Shown here in pieces: positions 25,658 to 34,297 of a stretch of 64,000 bases of DNA. The position numbers were made by a program, and so were the translations under genes. Source of the DNA: Nanobdellota archaeon. GTDB taxonomy: Archaea; Nanobdellota; Nanobdellia; Pacearchaeales; GW2011-AR1. Numbering within the stretch: the stretch's first letter is position 1; each line of letters opens with the position of its first letter. The stretch covers positions 65,509 to 129,508 of the forward strand of contig JBBSYE010000002.1 in NCBI GenBank assembly GCA_038045385.1, in the 5' to 3' direction. The notes under the pieces are model-generated. The model was not told where the DNA came from, searched no databases, and saw nothing but the letters and a program-made list of their open reading frames with translations.

Positions 25658-28090
25658 ATGAGTGAAAAGAGTGTGAAGGTTGAGTTTGAAGCTTTAGCTT
25701 CAAAGATTTCTCGTCTTGAGGCTTTAAGAGATGAGCTTGATGCTTTGAATACAGAGGGCTTTGAATCTGAAGCAAGACTTATTAGAGCGAGATTGAAAGA
25801 TGTCAACGCCCTTGGGGAAATTGAAAGAGAGATGAATGAACTTAGAAGGAAGATAAAATCTTCTGAATCTAAGAAAGTTGAAGTTAAAGTGCATAAGGAT
25901 CAGGCTCTAAAAGAGTCTGGGGTTTTGAAGAGAAAAATTTCTGAACTTGAGAAATTGATAGTCAAGAAGAAAGTTCTTTCCAATAAACATTCTTTAAATA
26001 AAGAGCAGATGAATTTTGTTAAGGATATTCCTCAATTAGAAAAAGAACTTAATTCTTTGAAGGGTGCTTTTCATTCGCATTTGGAATCTGCTAAGGTCAA
26101 GATTGATTCTGGCGTTGGAGTGGTTGTTGATACAAAGTTTGATGATTTTATCGCTCAATTGAAGGCAGATCTTACGCAGAGAGTTAAGGAGAAAGAGATG
26201 TCTGTTGAGCAGACTTTGAAGCATGATTTGGCCTTACATGAGCAAGTTTTCTCGGATAGGTATAAACAACTTGTTGATGAATTTCATGAGAAGTATAAAG
26301 AGAAAGTTGAACATGAACTTAAAAAAGAAGTTGCGGGCAAGCTTGATGAAGAGGTTAAGAGACATTTAGCTATTGAAAGGCAAAAACTTTTGATGGCTCT
26401 TGCAAAAGAAAATATGGCTCGCTTGGAGACGGAAAGAGTAAAACTCACTCAAAGACTGGAGAGTGTTTATGGTGTTAAAAATAAGCAACTACAAGATAGA
26501 TTGAATGTAGTAAATGCTAAAGAAAGGAGAGTTAAAGGAGAGATGGAGAGATCTGCTAAGGAAATTGCAAAAGCTAAAGCTGAATTTGAAAAGATAAAGA
26601 GTGAACATGATAAAGAACTTGAGGGAAAGAAGAATTTGCTTAATTCTCAGCTTTCTTCTGTTGAATTGAGAGAAAGGAACGATAAGGCTAGATTGTCTGA
26701 AAGAATGAAGTCTTTGTCTGAAAAGATGCGGGTTTTGGGGAAAGAAAGAGATAATTTGCATTTAACTTTGGCTGGTTTGAATGAGATAAAAGAGAAAAAG
26801 AGCGAGGAATTTGATAAAGCTCATGAAAATATTGAAGCTATGAGAAAAAGACAGATTGAAAGGATTCGTAAATCTCAAGAGCATCTTCGTAAAATTCAGG
26901 AGATGCAGGATAAGGCTCTAAAGGGCAAAAGATCTTCTGAACTTGAGAAATTGCGTAAACTTCAGGAAAAGGCGCATAAGATGCAAGAAAAACAGCATAA
27001 GAAATTTGAGAGTAAAAGGCTAAGTCAGTTGGATAAGTTGAACAAGGCTGAAGAAGAATTGAGGAAGCTGAAAGAGAGACAGATTGTGCTTTTCGCAGAG
27101 AAGGAGAAAGCAGTTGAGTTTGCTAAAAAGCGCGAACTTGACGAATTTCATAAATCTTTAGAGGCTGAAAAGAATAGGGAAATTAGTATTAGAGAGCGCG
27201 GACTTGATGAATTTCATAAGTCTCTTGATGAAGAGAAGAGTAGAGAGATTAGTATAAGGGAGAGGGGGCTTGACGAATTTCATAAATCTCTTGAGGCTAA
27301 GAAGAGTAGAGAAATTGCTAAATTGAAAAAATCAAGAGATAAGCTGAAGATTCTAAGGGAAAAGGCGCAACGCGAATTTGAAATGATGAAGAAGAAGGAG
27401 AGTGATAAGTTACGTAGATTGCAGGAGAATTTGAGAAAGATGAAAGAAGCACAGACTAAAGAGTTGTCTGAGAAGTTTGCAGGTATTGAATCGAGAAAGA
27501 GAGAGGAATACGAGAAGAAACATAAAGAGCTGATATTGGGGATTCATGCTACACATAATGGTCAATTGAAAGTTGTTTCTGGTAAAATGGCTGAATTGAA
27601 GAAGAAATTTGATTCACTTAAGAGAGATGAGCATGTTCGTTTGGAAGAGTATGCCAAACATTCTAATGATTTGATGAAAAAATTTGAAGTTATGAAAGCA
27701 AAACAGAGAATGGGTATTTTGCGCAAGGAAAAGGTAATACACGAAAGACTTGCTAAAGCGAAGAAGGCTGAGCAAGGGCAGTTCGAGGCGCTAATGAAAG
27801 AGCGTAGAATGATTCATGATAAGTTGCAAAATGTTCAAAGATTTAAACAGGCTGAAAGCTTTAGACTTGCTAGTGAGGCCAAGGCGAAAGAATCAGCGCT
27901 GAAAACTAGACTTGAGAAAAGAATTGCTGGAATTGTAAAGGAAAGAGAGAATGGCTTAAGGAGAAGACTTGAACAGGAGTATTCAAGGAGATTGCATACA
28001 GAGCTTCAGAGAAGGACTGCTGAATTTGAGAAGAGAAAGACTGAACTTGAGGAGCATATAATTAATCAGGCAAAAAGATTCTTTAAGTAA
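25658..28090 (+). CDS. 810-aa K/E/R-rich coiled-coil protein (no NTPase motif seen)
   Basis: Heptad-like charged sequence throughout. No Walker A. Internal 22-aa tandem repeat. Confidence 0.7.
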   Translation: MSEKSVKVEFEALASKISRLEALRDELDALNTEGFESEARLIRARLKDVNALGEIEREMNELRRKIKSSESKKVEVKVHKDQALKESGVLKRKISELEKLIVKKKVLSNKHSLNKEQMNFVKDIPQLEKELNSLKGAFHSHLESAKVKIDSGVGVVVDTKFDDFIAQLKADLTQRVKEKEMSVEQTLKHDLALHEQVFSDRYKQLVDEFHEKYKEKVEHELKKEVAGKLDEEVKRHLAIERQKLLMALAKENMARLETERVKLTQRLESVYGVKNKQLQDRLNVVNAKERRVKGEMERSAKEIAKAKAEFEKIKSEHDKELEGKKNLLNSQLSSVELRERNDKARLSERMKSLSEKMRVLGKERDNLHLTLAGLNEIKEKKSEEFDKAHENIEAMRKRQIERIRKSQEHLRKIQEMQDKALKGKRSSELEKLRKLQEKAHKMQEKQHKKFESKRLSQLDKLNKAEEELRKLKERQIVLFAEKEKAVEFAKKRELDEFHKSLEAEKNREISIRERGLDEFHKSLDEEKSREISIRERGLDEFHKSLEAKKSREIAKLKKSRDKLKILREKAQREFEMMKKKESDKLRRLQENLRKMKEAQTKELSEKFAGIESRKREEYEKKHKELILGIHATHNGQLKVVSGKMAELKKKFDSLKRDEHVRLEEYAKHSNDLMKKFEVMKAKQRMGILRKEKVIHERLAKAKKAEQGQFEALMKERRMIHDKLQNVQRFKQAESFRLASEAKAKESALKTRLEKRIAGIVKERENGLRRRLEQEYSRRLHTELQRRTAEFEKRKTELEEHIINQAKRFFK
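27131..27322 (+). repeat. Three tandem 66-bp (22-aa) repeats inside the coiled-coil gene
   Basis: RE(R)GLDEFHKSLEAEKSREISI occurs three times; repeat units start at 27191 and 27257. Confidence 0.8.
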
Positions 28091-28091
28091 A

Positions 28092-28436
28092 ATGTTTTTT
28101 GATATTAAGAAGGGAAGAAGAAAAATTAGGGTCGATGCGAATAGAGTTGGCTTTCTTCGTAAAGGAATAGGACTGATGTTTCGTACCAGGAATACAAAAA
28201 GCTTGATTTTTGAATTTTCTCAAGGGAGTTTTATCCCATTTACCTCGCTTTTTGTTTTTTTTCCTTTTATTTTAGTTTGGATGGATAAATCTATGAATGT
28301 GATTTCCGTCGATAAAGTATTTCCTTTTAGATTGAATATTTTTCCCAAGAAGAGATATTATTATGTTCTAGAGGTTCCTATTAACGAGAAAAATAGGAAA
28401 ATTGTTGATTTTTTCGTCGGAAAGAGAAAGGTTTAA
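28092..28436 (+). CDS. DUF192-family protein
   Basis: 114 aa. GIGLMFR motif. Its start abuts the stop of the coiled-coil gene. Confidence 0.6.
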   Translation: MFFDIKKGRRKIRVDANRVGFLRKGIGLMFRTRNTKSLIFEFSQGSFIPFTSLFVFFPFILVWMDKSMNVISVDKVFPFRLNIFPKKRYYYVLEVPINEKNRKIVDFFVGKRKV

Positions 28437-28483
28437 ATATCTCCGACGCTAAAAATAAGTTAGAGGATAAAAGGAGGTGACTT

Positions 28484-28609
28484 ATGGGTAAAATAATTGC
28501 TAAGAATATTGTTAAGAGAAAGTCAGGATACCTTTATTATATTGACGGAAAAGGTAATGTCTGCGAAGCTATGATGGCTCGTGGCGGACGAAAGAAGAAA
28601 AAGAGATAA
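28484..28609 (+). CDS. 41-aa basic peptide (MGKIIAKNIVKRKSGYLYYIDGKGNVCEAMMARGGRKKKKR), absent from the ORF track
   Basis: AAAGGAGGTGA Shine-Dalgarno 4 nt upstream of the ATG. Open frame ends at TAA 28607-28609. Confidence 0.5.
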   Translation: MGKIIAKNIVKRKSGYLYYIDGKGNVCEAMMARGGRKKKKR

Positions 28610-28650
28610 TTTCTCTTGTTTTTCTTAATTTTTTATTTTTATTTTTAAGA

Positions 28651-28914
28651 TTATTTTTTATTTACTATTTTTTCTAGCCTTTCAGCTTCTCTTTCTCTGA
28701 CTTCTTTAGCATCTCTTGCGTATCTGTCTTCTCCTTTGTTTAGCCAATATGTTCCAATTTCTCCACTTCGAATTAATGGGATGATCGCTTTTGCGAAATC
28801 TCTTTCAAATTGTTCAAGAGAATATTTCTTTTTCATACTTTGAGGCATTTCTCTGTATACTGCTTCCACAACTCGTCGTTTGTCGTCGTAATTTGGATTT
28901 TGAGGTTCAGACAT
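28651..28914 (-). CDS. Hypothetical protein (87 aa, charged)
   Basis: ORF only. Confidence 0.5.
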   Translation of the reverse strand: MSEPQNPNYDDKRRVVEAVYREMPQSMKKKYSLEQFERDFAKAIIPLIRSGEIGTYWLNKGEDRYARDAKEVREREAERLEKIVNKK

Positions 28915-29021
28915 AGTTATTTGTTAGTTATTTTGTTTTTAAAGATTATTGTGATTTTGTTAAAATCTTTAATCAGAATGCGTCGTCGATAATTTTTTAT
29001 TTTTTTCTTTTACCCGCAAGA

Positions 29022-29029
29022 TTTAAATA
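29022..29029 (+). promoter_or_regulatory. TATA box (TTTAAATA)
   Basis: 21 nt upstream of the ATG at 29051. Confidence 0.55.
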
Positions 29030-29050
29030 CTCCCTGATTTTATTTACGTG

Positions 29051-30652
29051 ATGAGTTGGGGTGATACTATCAGGGGAAGGTCAGGATTGTTATTTTCTGT
29101 TGTAGTTTTGTCTGTTTTTGTTTTATCATTCTTCACCTTTGGATTTTTTGCTTCCGCGCTTCATTTAATTACTAATTCAGCTACAGGAAATAATCTTACT
29201 TTATCAATTCTTGAAAATAATCAAAGTAATACTAATTACTTCATATTTAATATAACTGTTAACAATACAGATCCAACTATTGCTGCAAATATATCTGGCG
29301 TTAACATAACAATTCCTAGTTCTTTTAATTTAGTCTCGTTTTCTAATACTACTGTTGCAGGTAACGCTACTGCTTTCGTAATTCAACATTCTTTTGTTAA
29401 TACTACTGATTCAACTGCAGGAACTATTACATTGAGTTGGCTTAATTCTTCTGGACTTGTCTTTAATTTTTCTGGATTCCAAGTAGTTCCTACTAGATTT
29501 ACTTTTAATGCAAGCGCAACTACTCCTGGATCTTATAATATTACAGTAACTACTTTGAACGTTACTGGAAGCTATTCTAGGAATTTGTCGGTTAATGTTA
29601 ATGATACTACTACTCCTGCTGGAGTTGAATATGACTCTTTGACACATGTAGCGGGTGCTAATATTTCTAGATCAAATATAACTGTTAATATTTCTGTTAC
29701 AGATAATGGAAATGTTGATAGAATTGCAGTATATCTTTATAATTCAACTGGACTTCTTAATACAACTTATTCTGATGTTGGGGCTAGAAGTTATTATGTT
29801 GCTTTCGTCAATCTTGGACAAGGAATTTATTCTTACAATGCAAGCGCTAACGATACTTTCTCCTTTGCTAATCAGACTAATGCTAATAGAACAGTAGTTG
29901 TTGATACAGCGGCTCCTAGTGGTACTTTATCCTGCACTCCTGAATCTGTTGACAGAAATGATGCAGTCACTTGCTCTTGTAGTTCATCTGATGTTACTTC
30001 TGGAGTTAATTCTACTTCATTCACTGCTAGCCCTTCTACTGTGAATACTGGTACTTTTACTTCAAGTTGTACTATTGTAGACTATGCTGGAAATGTAGGT
30101 ATTGTTACTGATACTTATACTGTTAGTGGTAGTGGATCTAATGCTGCATCTTCTTCTGGCGGTGGATCTGGTAGTGCTGCTGTAAGTTGGACTAAGACTG
30201 TTCCACAGGCAAGTATAGAATTAAGTCAAACCACCCCGGTTGCTCAAAACCTTGGCTCTCGTGAAAGAGTTGCCCTTAAAGTAGGTGGGCAGACTCATCA
30301 TGTTGGAGTTGTTTCTTTGACTACATCTAGCGTGATTGTTGAGGTTTCTAGTGATCCTCAAAGGGGTACCTTAAGTGTTGGCGAGGAAAAGATGTTTGAT
30401 GTCGATGGCGATGGGTATTATGATTTAGTAGTTAAGCTTATTTCGATTGTTAGCGGAAAAGCTAATGTTGAAATCAATGCAGTTCATGTTATGGTTGAAG
30501 AATCTGCAACTAGTGATGATACTGAAGAATCCCAAGGAGTTGCTGGAGCTATATCTTCAGTTGCCTCAAACTCTATGACTTGGATTTGGGTTGCTCTTGT
30601 CGTCGTTGTAGTCGTGGTGATTGCAGTAGTAATGATGAGAAGAAAGAGATAA
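29051..30652 (+). CDS. Sequon-rich surface protein with N-terminal signal anchor and C-terminal TM plus basic tail
   Basis: Ig-like modules related to those of the giant protein (..ISVTDNGNVDRIAVYLYNSTG..YSYNASANDTF..). Ends with WIWVALVVVVVVVIAVVMMRRKR. Confidence 0.7.
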   Translation: MSWGDTIRGRSGLLFSVVVLSVFVLSFFTFGFFASALHLITNSATGNNLTLSILENNQSNTNYFIFNITVNNTDPTIAANISGVNITIPSSFNLVSFSNTTVAGNATAFVIQHSFVNTTDSTAGTITLSWLNSSGLVFNFSGFQVVPTRFTFNASATTPGSYNITVTTLNVTGSYSRNLSVNVNDTTTPAGVEYDSLTHVAGANISRSNITVNISVTDNGNVDRIAVYLYNSTGLLNTTYSDVGARSYYVAFVNLGQGIYSYNASANDTFSFANQTNANRTVVVDTAAPSGTLSCTPESVDRNDAVTCSCSSSDVTSGVNSTSFTASPSTVNTGTFTSSCTIVDYAGNVGIVTDTYTVSGSGSNAASSSGGGSGSAAVSWTKTVPQASIELSQTTPVAQNLGSRERVALKVGGQTHHVGVVSLTTSSVIVEVSSDPQRGTLSVGEEKMFDVDGDGYYDLVVKLISIVSGKANVEINAVHVMVEESATSDDTEESQGVAGAISSVASNSMTWIWVALVVVVVVVIAVVMMRRKR

Positions 30653-30712
30653 TTTTTTCTTTTTAAGATTATTTTTTAGAATTCTTTTTATATTGTCTTT
30701 TCTTTATATTAT

Positions 30713-31684
30713 ATGATTGTTGGTATTGAATGTACGGCCCACACTTTTGGCATTGGTGTTGTAAATAGAGGAAAAATTTTAGCCAACGTTAAAGATATGT
30801 ATCGGCCTCTTAAAGGAGGAATTATACCGGTTGATAGTGCAAATCATCATCGCTCTCTCGCCTTGAGAATTTGGAATGAAGCTCTTGAGAAAGCAGGGTG
30901 TTCGGATTCTGATATAAAGGCTATTGCATTATCTAACGCTCCCGGATTAGCGCCTTGCTTGCTTGCTGGGTTGGAGTTTGCTCGTGTTAAAGCTCGCGAG
31001 TTGGGCGTGAAAATTATTGAGGTTAATCATTGTATTGCTCACCTCGAGATAGGGCAACATGAGGGCGCTAGTGATCCAGTTTTGCTTTATGCTTCTGGTG
31101 CTAACACACAGATTATTTCTTTTGTAGCGGGTAAGTATCGCGTATTTGGCGAAACTCTTGACATGGGTATTGGTAATTTTATTGATAACTTTGCTCGTTC
31201 TCTTGGAATTCCTTTTCCTGGAGGGCCCATAATCGAGCAGAAGGCCAAACAGGGTAATTATATCGAGTTGCCTTATTCTATTAAGGGAATGGATGTGAGT
31301 TTTTCTGGAATGCTTACTAAGCTAAAACAGTTGCATTCTAAAGGGGCAAGAGAAGAGGATTTAGCATTTTCTTTACAAGAGAATGCATTTGCTATGCTTG
31401 TTGAGAGTGCCGAAAGAGCTTTAGCACATACTGGGAAGATTGAACTTGTTCTTGGCGGAGGAGTTGCTTGTAATGCTCGATTGCAGGAAATGGCGCGAAT
31501 TATGTGCTTTGAAAGAGGGGCGAAGATGTTTTGTCCTGCTCGTGAGTTTCTTGTTGATAATGGAGCGATGATTGCTTTTACAGGAGAGTTAATGATGAAA
31601 AATAAGAAGTTGCTTCTTTCGGCGGGAGATGTGGATATTAAACCTAGGGAAAGAACGGATGATGTCAAAGTTAGTTGGCGTTAA
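30713..31684 (+). CDS. kae1: tRNA N6-adenosine threonylcarbamoyltransferase Kae1
   Basis: GIECTAHTFG, VNHCIAHLE, SGANTQ, GNFIDNFAR...FPGGP and GGGVACNARL motifs. Not fused to Bud32. Confidence 0.9.
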   Translation: MIVGIECTAHTFGIGVVNRGKILANVKDMYRPLKGGIIPVDSANHHRSLALRIWNEALEKAGCSDSDIKAIALSNAPGLAPCLLAGLEFARVKARELGVKIIEVNHCIAHLEIGQHEGASDPVLLYASGANTQIISFVAGKYRVFGETLDMGIGNFIDNFARSLGIPFPGGPIIEQKAKQGNYIELPYSIKGMDVSFSGMLTKLKQLHSKGAREEDLAFSLQENAFAMLVESAERALAHTGKIELVLGGGVACNARLQEMARIMCFERGAKMFCPAREFLVDNGAMIAFTGELMMKNKKLLLSAGDVDIKPRERTDDVKVSWR

Positions 31685-31701
31685 TTTAATAAAAATAAAT
31701 T

Positions 31702-31743
31702 GCCTCATTATTGGTGAGGCGCGAAGCGCCGAACGCGCTCGGC
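31702..31743 (+). terminator. GC-rich cluster of three mutually overlapping hairpins just after the kae1 stop
   Basis: GCCTCA-ttattgg-TGAGGC; GGCGC-gaa-GCGCC; GCCGA-acgcgc-TCGGC. Adjacent stems share 3 nt, so they are mutually exclusive. Confidence 0.4.
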
Positions 31744-31861
31744 ATTGTCTGCAAAATTGAGTTTTATCGACGACAAAAGTACTGTTAATGGTAATTAGAC
31801 GAATTAATTTTGTTCGTTATCTTATTAGAAAAATTTAAAAGTATCCGGAGGGGATAATTTT

Positions 31862-32368
31862 GTGGATGAAAAGGTCTTATATGCTTGGGAATTATTTGGG
31901 AAAGATGGGAAAGTTGAAAGAGTTCCTTGTTATCGTCCTGATGTTTTAGGAGATTTGTTAAGAACTCATGTAGTTGAAAAATCAACGGCTGAAGATTTAG
32001 AAGATTGCATCACAAAACTTGAGAAATTATTGCCCGATTTACCCCTCTTTACAAAAGAAGAAGGAGACTTTGCAAGAAACTTGCATGCTTTTGTTGTGAT
32101 TAATGATCCTGAAAGATTAGTTTGGACACATAGTTATCATCCACAGAGTTCAGGTAGTGATGAAACAGGGAGAAGAGCATTTTATAGAACAAACTCACGA
32201 GAATCTTTTGTTGGCGATGAGTGGATAATAAATGGAGCCAGTTGTATAAAACAAATAATAACTCTTATAACTGGAGTTTCTTTAGAAAAATATGAATATT
32301 TAACTGAATATAAAAGAGTTTTAGAGGGTTATGTTCCTAAAGAATTTCTTCCTAAGGGTTTTTGTTAG
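31862..32368 (+). CDS. Hypothetical protein (168 aa; GTG start in the track)
   Basis: ORF only. Confidence 0.5.
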   Translation: MDEKVLYAWELFGKDGKVERVPCYRPDVLGDLLRTHVVEKSTAEDLEDCITKLEKLLPDLPLFTKEEGDFARNLHAFVVINDPERLVWTHSYHPQSSGSDETGRRAFYRTNSRESFVGDEWIINGASCIKQIITLITGVSLEKYEYLTEYKRVLEGYVPKEFLPKGFC

Positions 32369-32370
32369 AA

Positions 32371-32772
32371 TTAATTTTTAAAGATTTTTGTTTGGAAGGT
32401 AATTTTTGAATTTAGAATATAACTTAAAGTTCCTACAAAAGGAGAGATAATAATTCTTGCTATAAATGGCTCGAGATTTGCTAATTCAACAAGGATAGCA
32501 AGAGATATTATTGTTAAAATTAGCCCAGTTAGATTTATTGCGAAAAAATAAAAGGCTCCTGTAGAAAATAATCTATGCTGATTTTTATAATTGAATATTC
32601 TATTAATTGTATAATGAAATAGAGTGGCTAAAGAGAATGCAATTGCTGCAAAGATAAGATATTGTGAGGAATTTATTAAAAGCAGAAACCATAGAATCGT
32701 GAAATCAATTAACGTTGCTAACGTTCCTATTATGGTGTATCTTATTAGTTGGGCTATTTTTAATCTTTTCAT
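32371..32772 (-). CDS. GtrA-family membrane protein
   Basis: 133 aa, 4 TM. IRYTIIGTLATLIDFTILWFLL start and NSKITFQ end. Confidence 0.7.
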   Translation of the reverse strand: MKRLKIAQLIRYTIIGTLATLIDFTILWFLLLINSSQYLIFAAIAFSLATLFHYTINRIFNYKNQHRLFSTGAFYFFAINLTGLILTIISLAILVELANLEPFIARIIISPFVGTLSYILNSKITFQTKIFKN

Positions 32773-32773
32773 G

Positions 32774-33325
32774 CTAAATGAAATCAGAGATTTTATGCTT
32801 TATTTCTAGATAAGCTAACCAGATTATTAGCAATATGCCGTCGAGAGTTGCTGCTATGAGAACATGGTCAAATGGTAAAATGCTGAAGATATTAATTCCA
32901 AAGTCTTTAGTTGATAATGGATAAAAGAAGTAAGCTTGGTCTCCGGCAATAGAATCAAGAAATATATGAATTAGGCTGCCTAGAGAGATCATTAGGGCTA
33001 TAAGATGAAGTCTTAAATTATGGCGTCCTATTGTACAGATTTTTGCTTTTTTATGGAATGGCTTTAGAATTAAGAATAGCATGAAGAAGATTAATGGGAA
33101 GAATAGAGAATGCGTGAAAGTTTTGTGAATCCACCAGCTTTGCTCGCCGACTAGCTTTAAAATCATAGAAAGCACTATATCTATGTCTGGAATTGTGCCT
33201 GCAATACCAGCTATTAATACATAATGTAATGGAAAGTGAGCTTTCTTGTTATTGGATAAAATATGATCACGTATAAATGAAAGGATGAGTATTGGAATGA
33301 GAATGTGGGCTACTGCTTGAGGCAT
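32774..33325 (-). CDS. Membrane-bound metal-dependent hydrolase (DUF457/YdjM-like)
   Basis: 183 aa. His-rich TM pattern AHILIP..., HKTFTHSLFFP. Confidence 0.6.
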   Translation of the reverse strand: MPQAVAHILIPILILSFIRDHILSNNKKAHFPLHYVLIAGIAGTIPDIDIVLSMILKLVGEQSWWIHKTFTHSLFFPLIFFMLFLILKPFHKKAKICTIGRHNLRLHLIALMISLGSLIHIFLDSIAGDQAYFFYPLSTKDFGINIFSILPFDHVLIAATLDGILLIIWLAYLEIKHKISDFI

Positions 33326-33346
33326 GAAGTTCTATGTTTTAGGGAT

Positions 33347-34222
33347 TTAAATTCTTATGTTTCCCAAAGTTATTTTTTCTATCATTGGTGCTAATTGTTC
33401 GTTTTCTTCGATTCCTAATTTGTTGGCGGCAATTAATATACCTAGATAAAAGGCATGTTGCATTGTTCCTAAAGTATTTGTTCTTTCTCTTCTATTCTCT
33501 TTTTGCATTTTTAAGCTTTTAAGCATATCATCATTGAGTCTTTCGGGGTCTCTTACATAGTTTGTATATGGTTCTCTAAGTTCTAGAGGAGTATAAGATA
33601 GGCCGATCTCTCGTAAGGAATGGCCATCACTAAATGCTACTTCAAATAACCCTTTCTTTGATGCATATTTTTCGTAAAATTCTTTAGCTCGTTTATTTGC
33701 TTCAGGGTATTTTCCAAAAGCTGCCCAAGAAGCTTCTGCATTCCAAGTTTCTACCCCGTCAAACCCTTCTATTAATCCAGGATTCTTTTCAAGATATTCT
33801 CTTGTTCCGCCTTTATGTGCAGGAGAAGTATTTATTGTAATTGCTTTGACTTCTTTGGCTCTATGAAGAGTTTCTTTTAGAGTTTGTCCATGACAAAGAT
33901 GGTCTTTTGGTCTATTGCCTAAAACTAAAACATCAAATCCTTCAGCTGTTTGAACTTCTTGTCCATGCCAGACAAATATCTTTTTTTCTGGAACATAAAC
34001 TCCATTTCCTATGTCTATTGTATCATAACAGACTCTTTTTCTGAAAAGTGACCAGCGTTTATCATGTTTTGTAGGGGAGGAATCATAGCCTATCAAACCA
34101 ACTATTCCATCTTCACCTAATACTCTTTGTGCTTTTTCTACTCCTTCTTTAGCGGTTCTTGCAGAAATATTGCTACTAGTGACCCAATGATTGTGAGCGT
34201 CCATAGAAACTATTTTTGACAT
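33347..34222 (-). CDS. PHP-like metal-dependent phosphoesterase (tentative)
   Basis: MDAHNHW N-terminal His cluster, ETWNAE and FSDGHS near the C-terminus. Confidence 0.45.
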   Translation of the reverse strand: MSKIVSMDAHNHWVTSSNISARTAKEGVEKAQRVLGEDGIVGLIGYDSSPTKHDKRWSLFRKRVCYDTIDIGNGVYVPEKKIFVWHGQEVQTAEGFDVLVLGNRPKDHLCHGQTLKETLHRAKEVKAITINTSPAHKGGTREYLEKNPGLIEGFDGVETWNAEASWAAFGKYPEANKRAKEFYEKYASKKGLFEVAFSDGHSLREIGLSYTPLELREPYTNYVRDPERLNDDMLKSLKMQKENRRERTNTLGTMQHAFYLGILIAANKLGIEENEQLAPMIEKITLGNIRI

Positions 34223-34268
34223 ATAATCTTTTCTATAAGTCTATTTTTAAAACTTCTGATTAATTACT

Positions 34269-34276
34269 TTTAAATA
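34269..34276 (+). promoter_or_regulatory. TATA box (TTTAAATA)
   Basis: 21 nt upstream of the ATG at 34298. Confidence 0.55.
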
Positions 34277-34297
34277 CCCTCTTTGCTCACAATATTT

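Noticed and set aside
31273-31668. Antisense or overlapping track ORFs within well-supported genes (31273-31668, 34844-35281, 41608-42099, 42508-42813, 46448-47545 group, 48484-49108 group, 55046-55405, 57414-57722, 59360-59836 group, 7801-8013, 1191-1394, 9722-9922)
   Set aside because: Each lies inside a longer ORF with recognisable motifs or better promoter context. They have no independent support.
30713-31684. Kae1 without a fused or adjacent Bud32 kinase
   Set aside because: Unfused kae1 is common in archaea, and Bud32 may be encoded elsewhere. This is not informative from one window.
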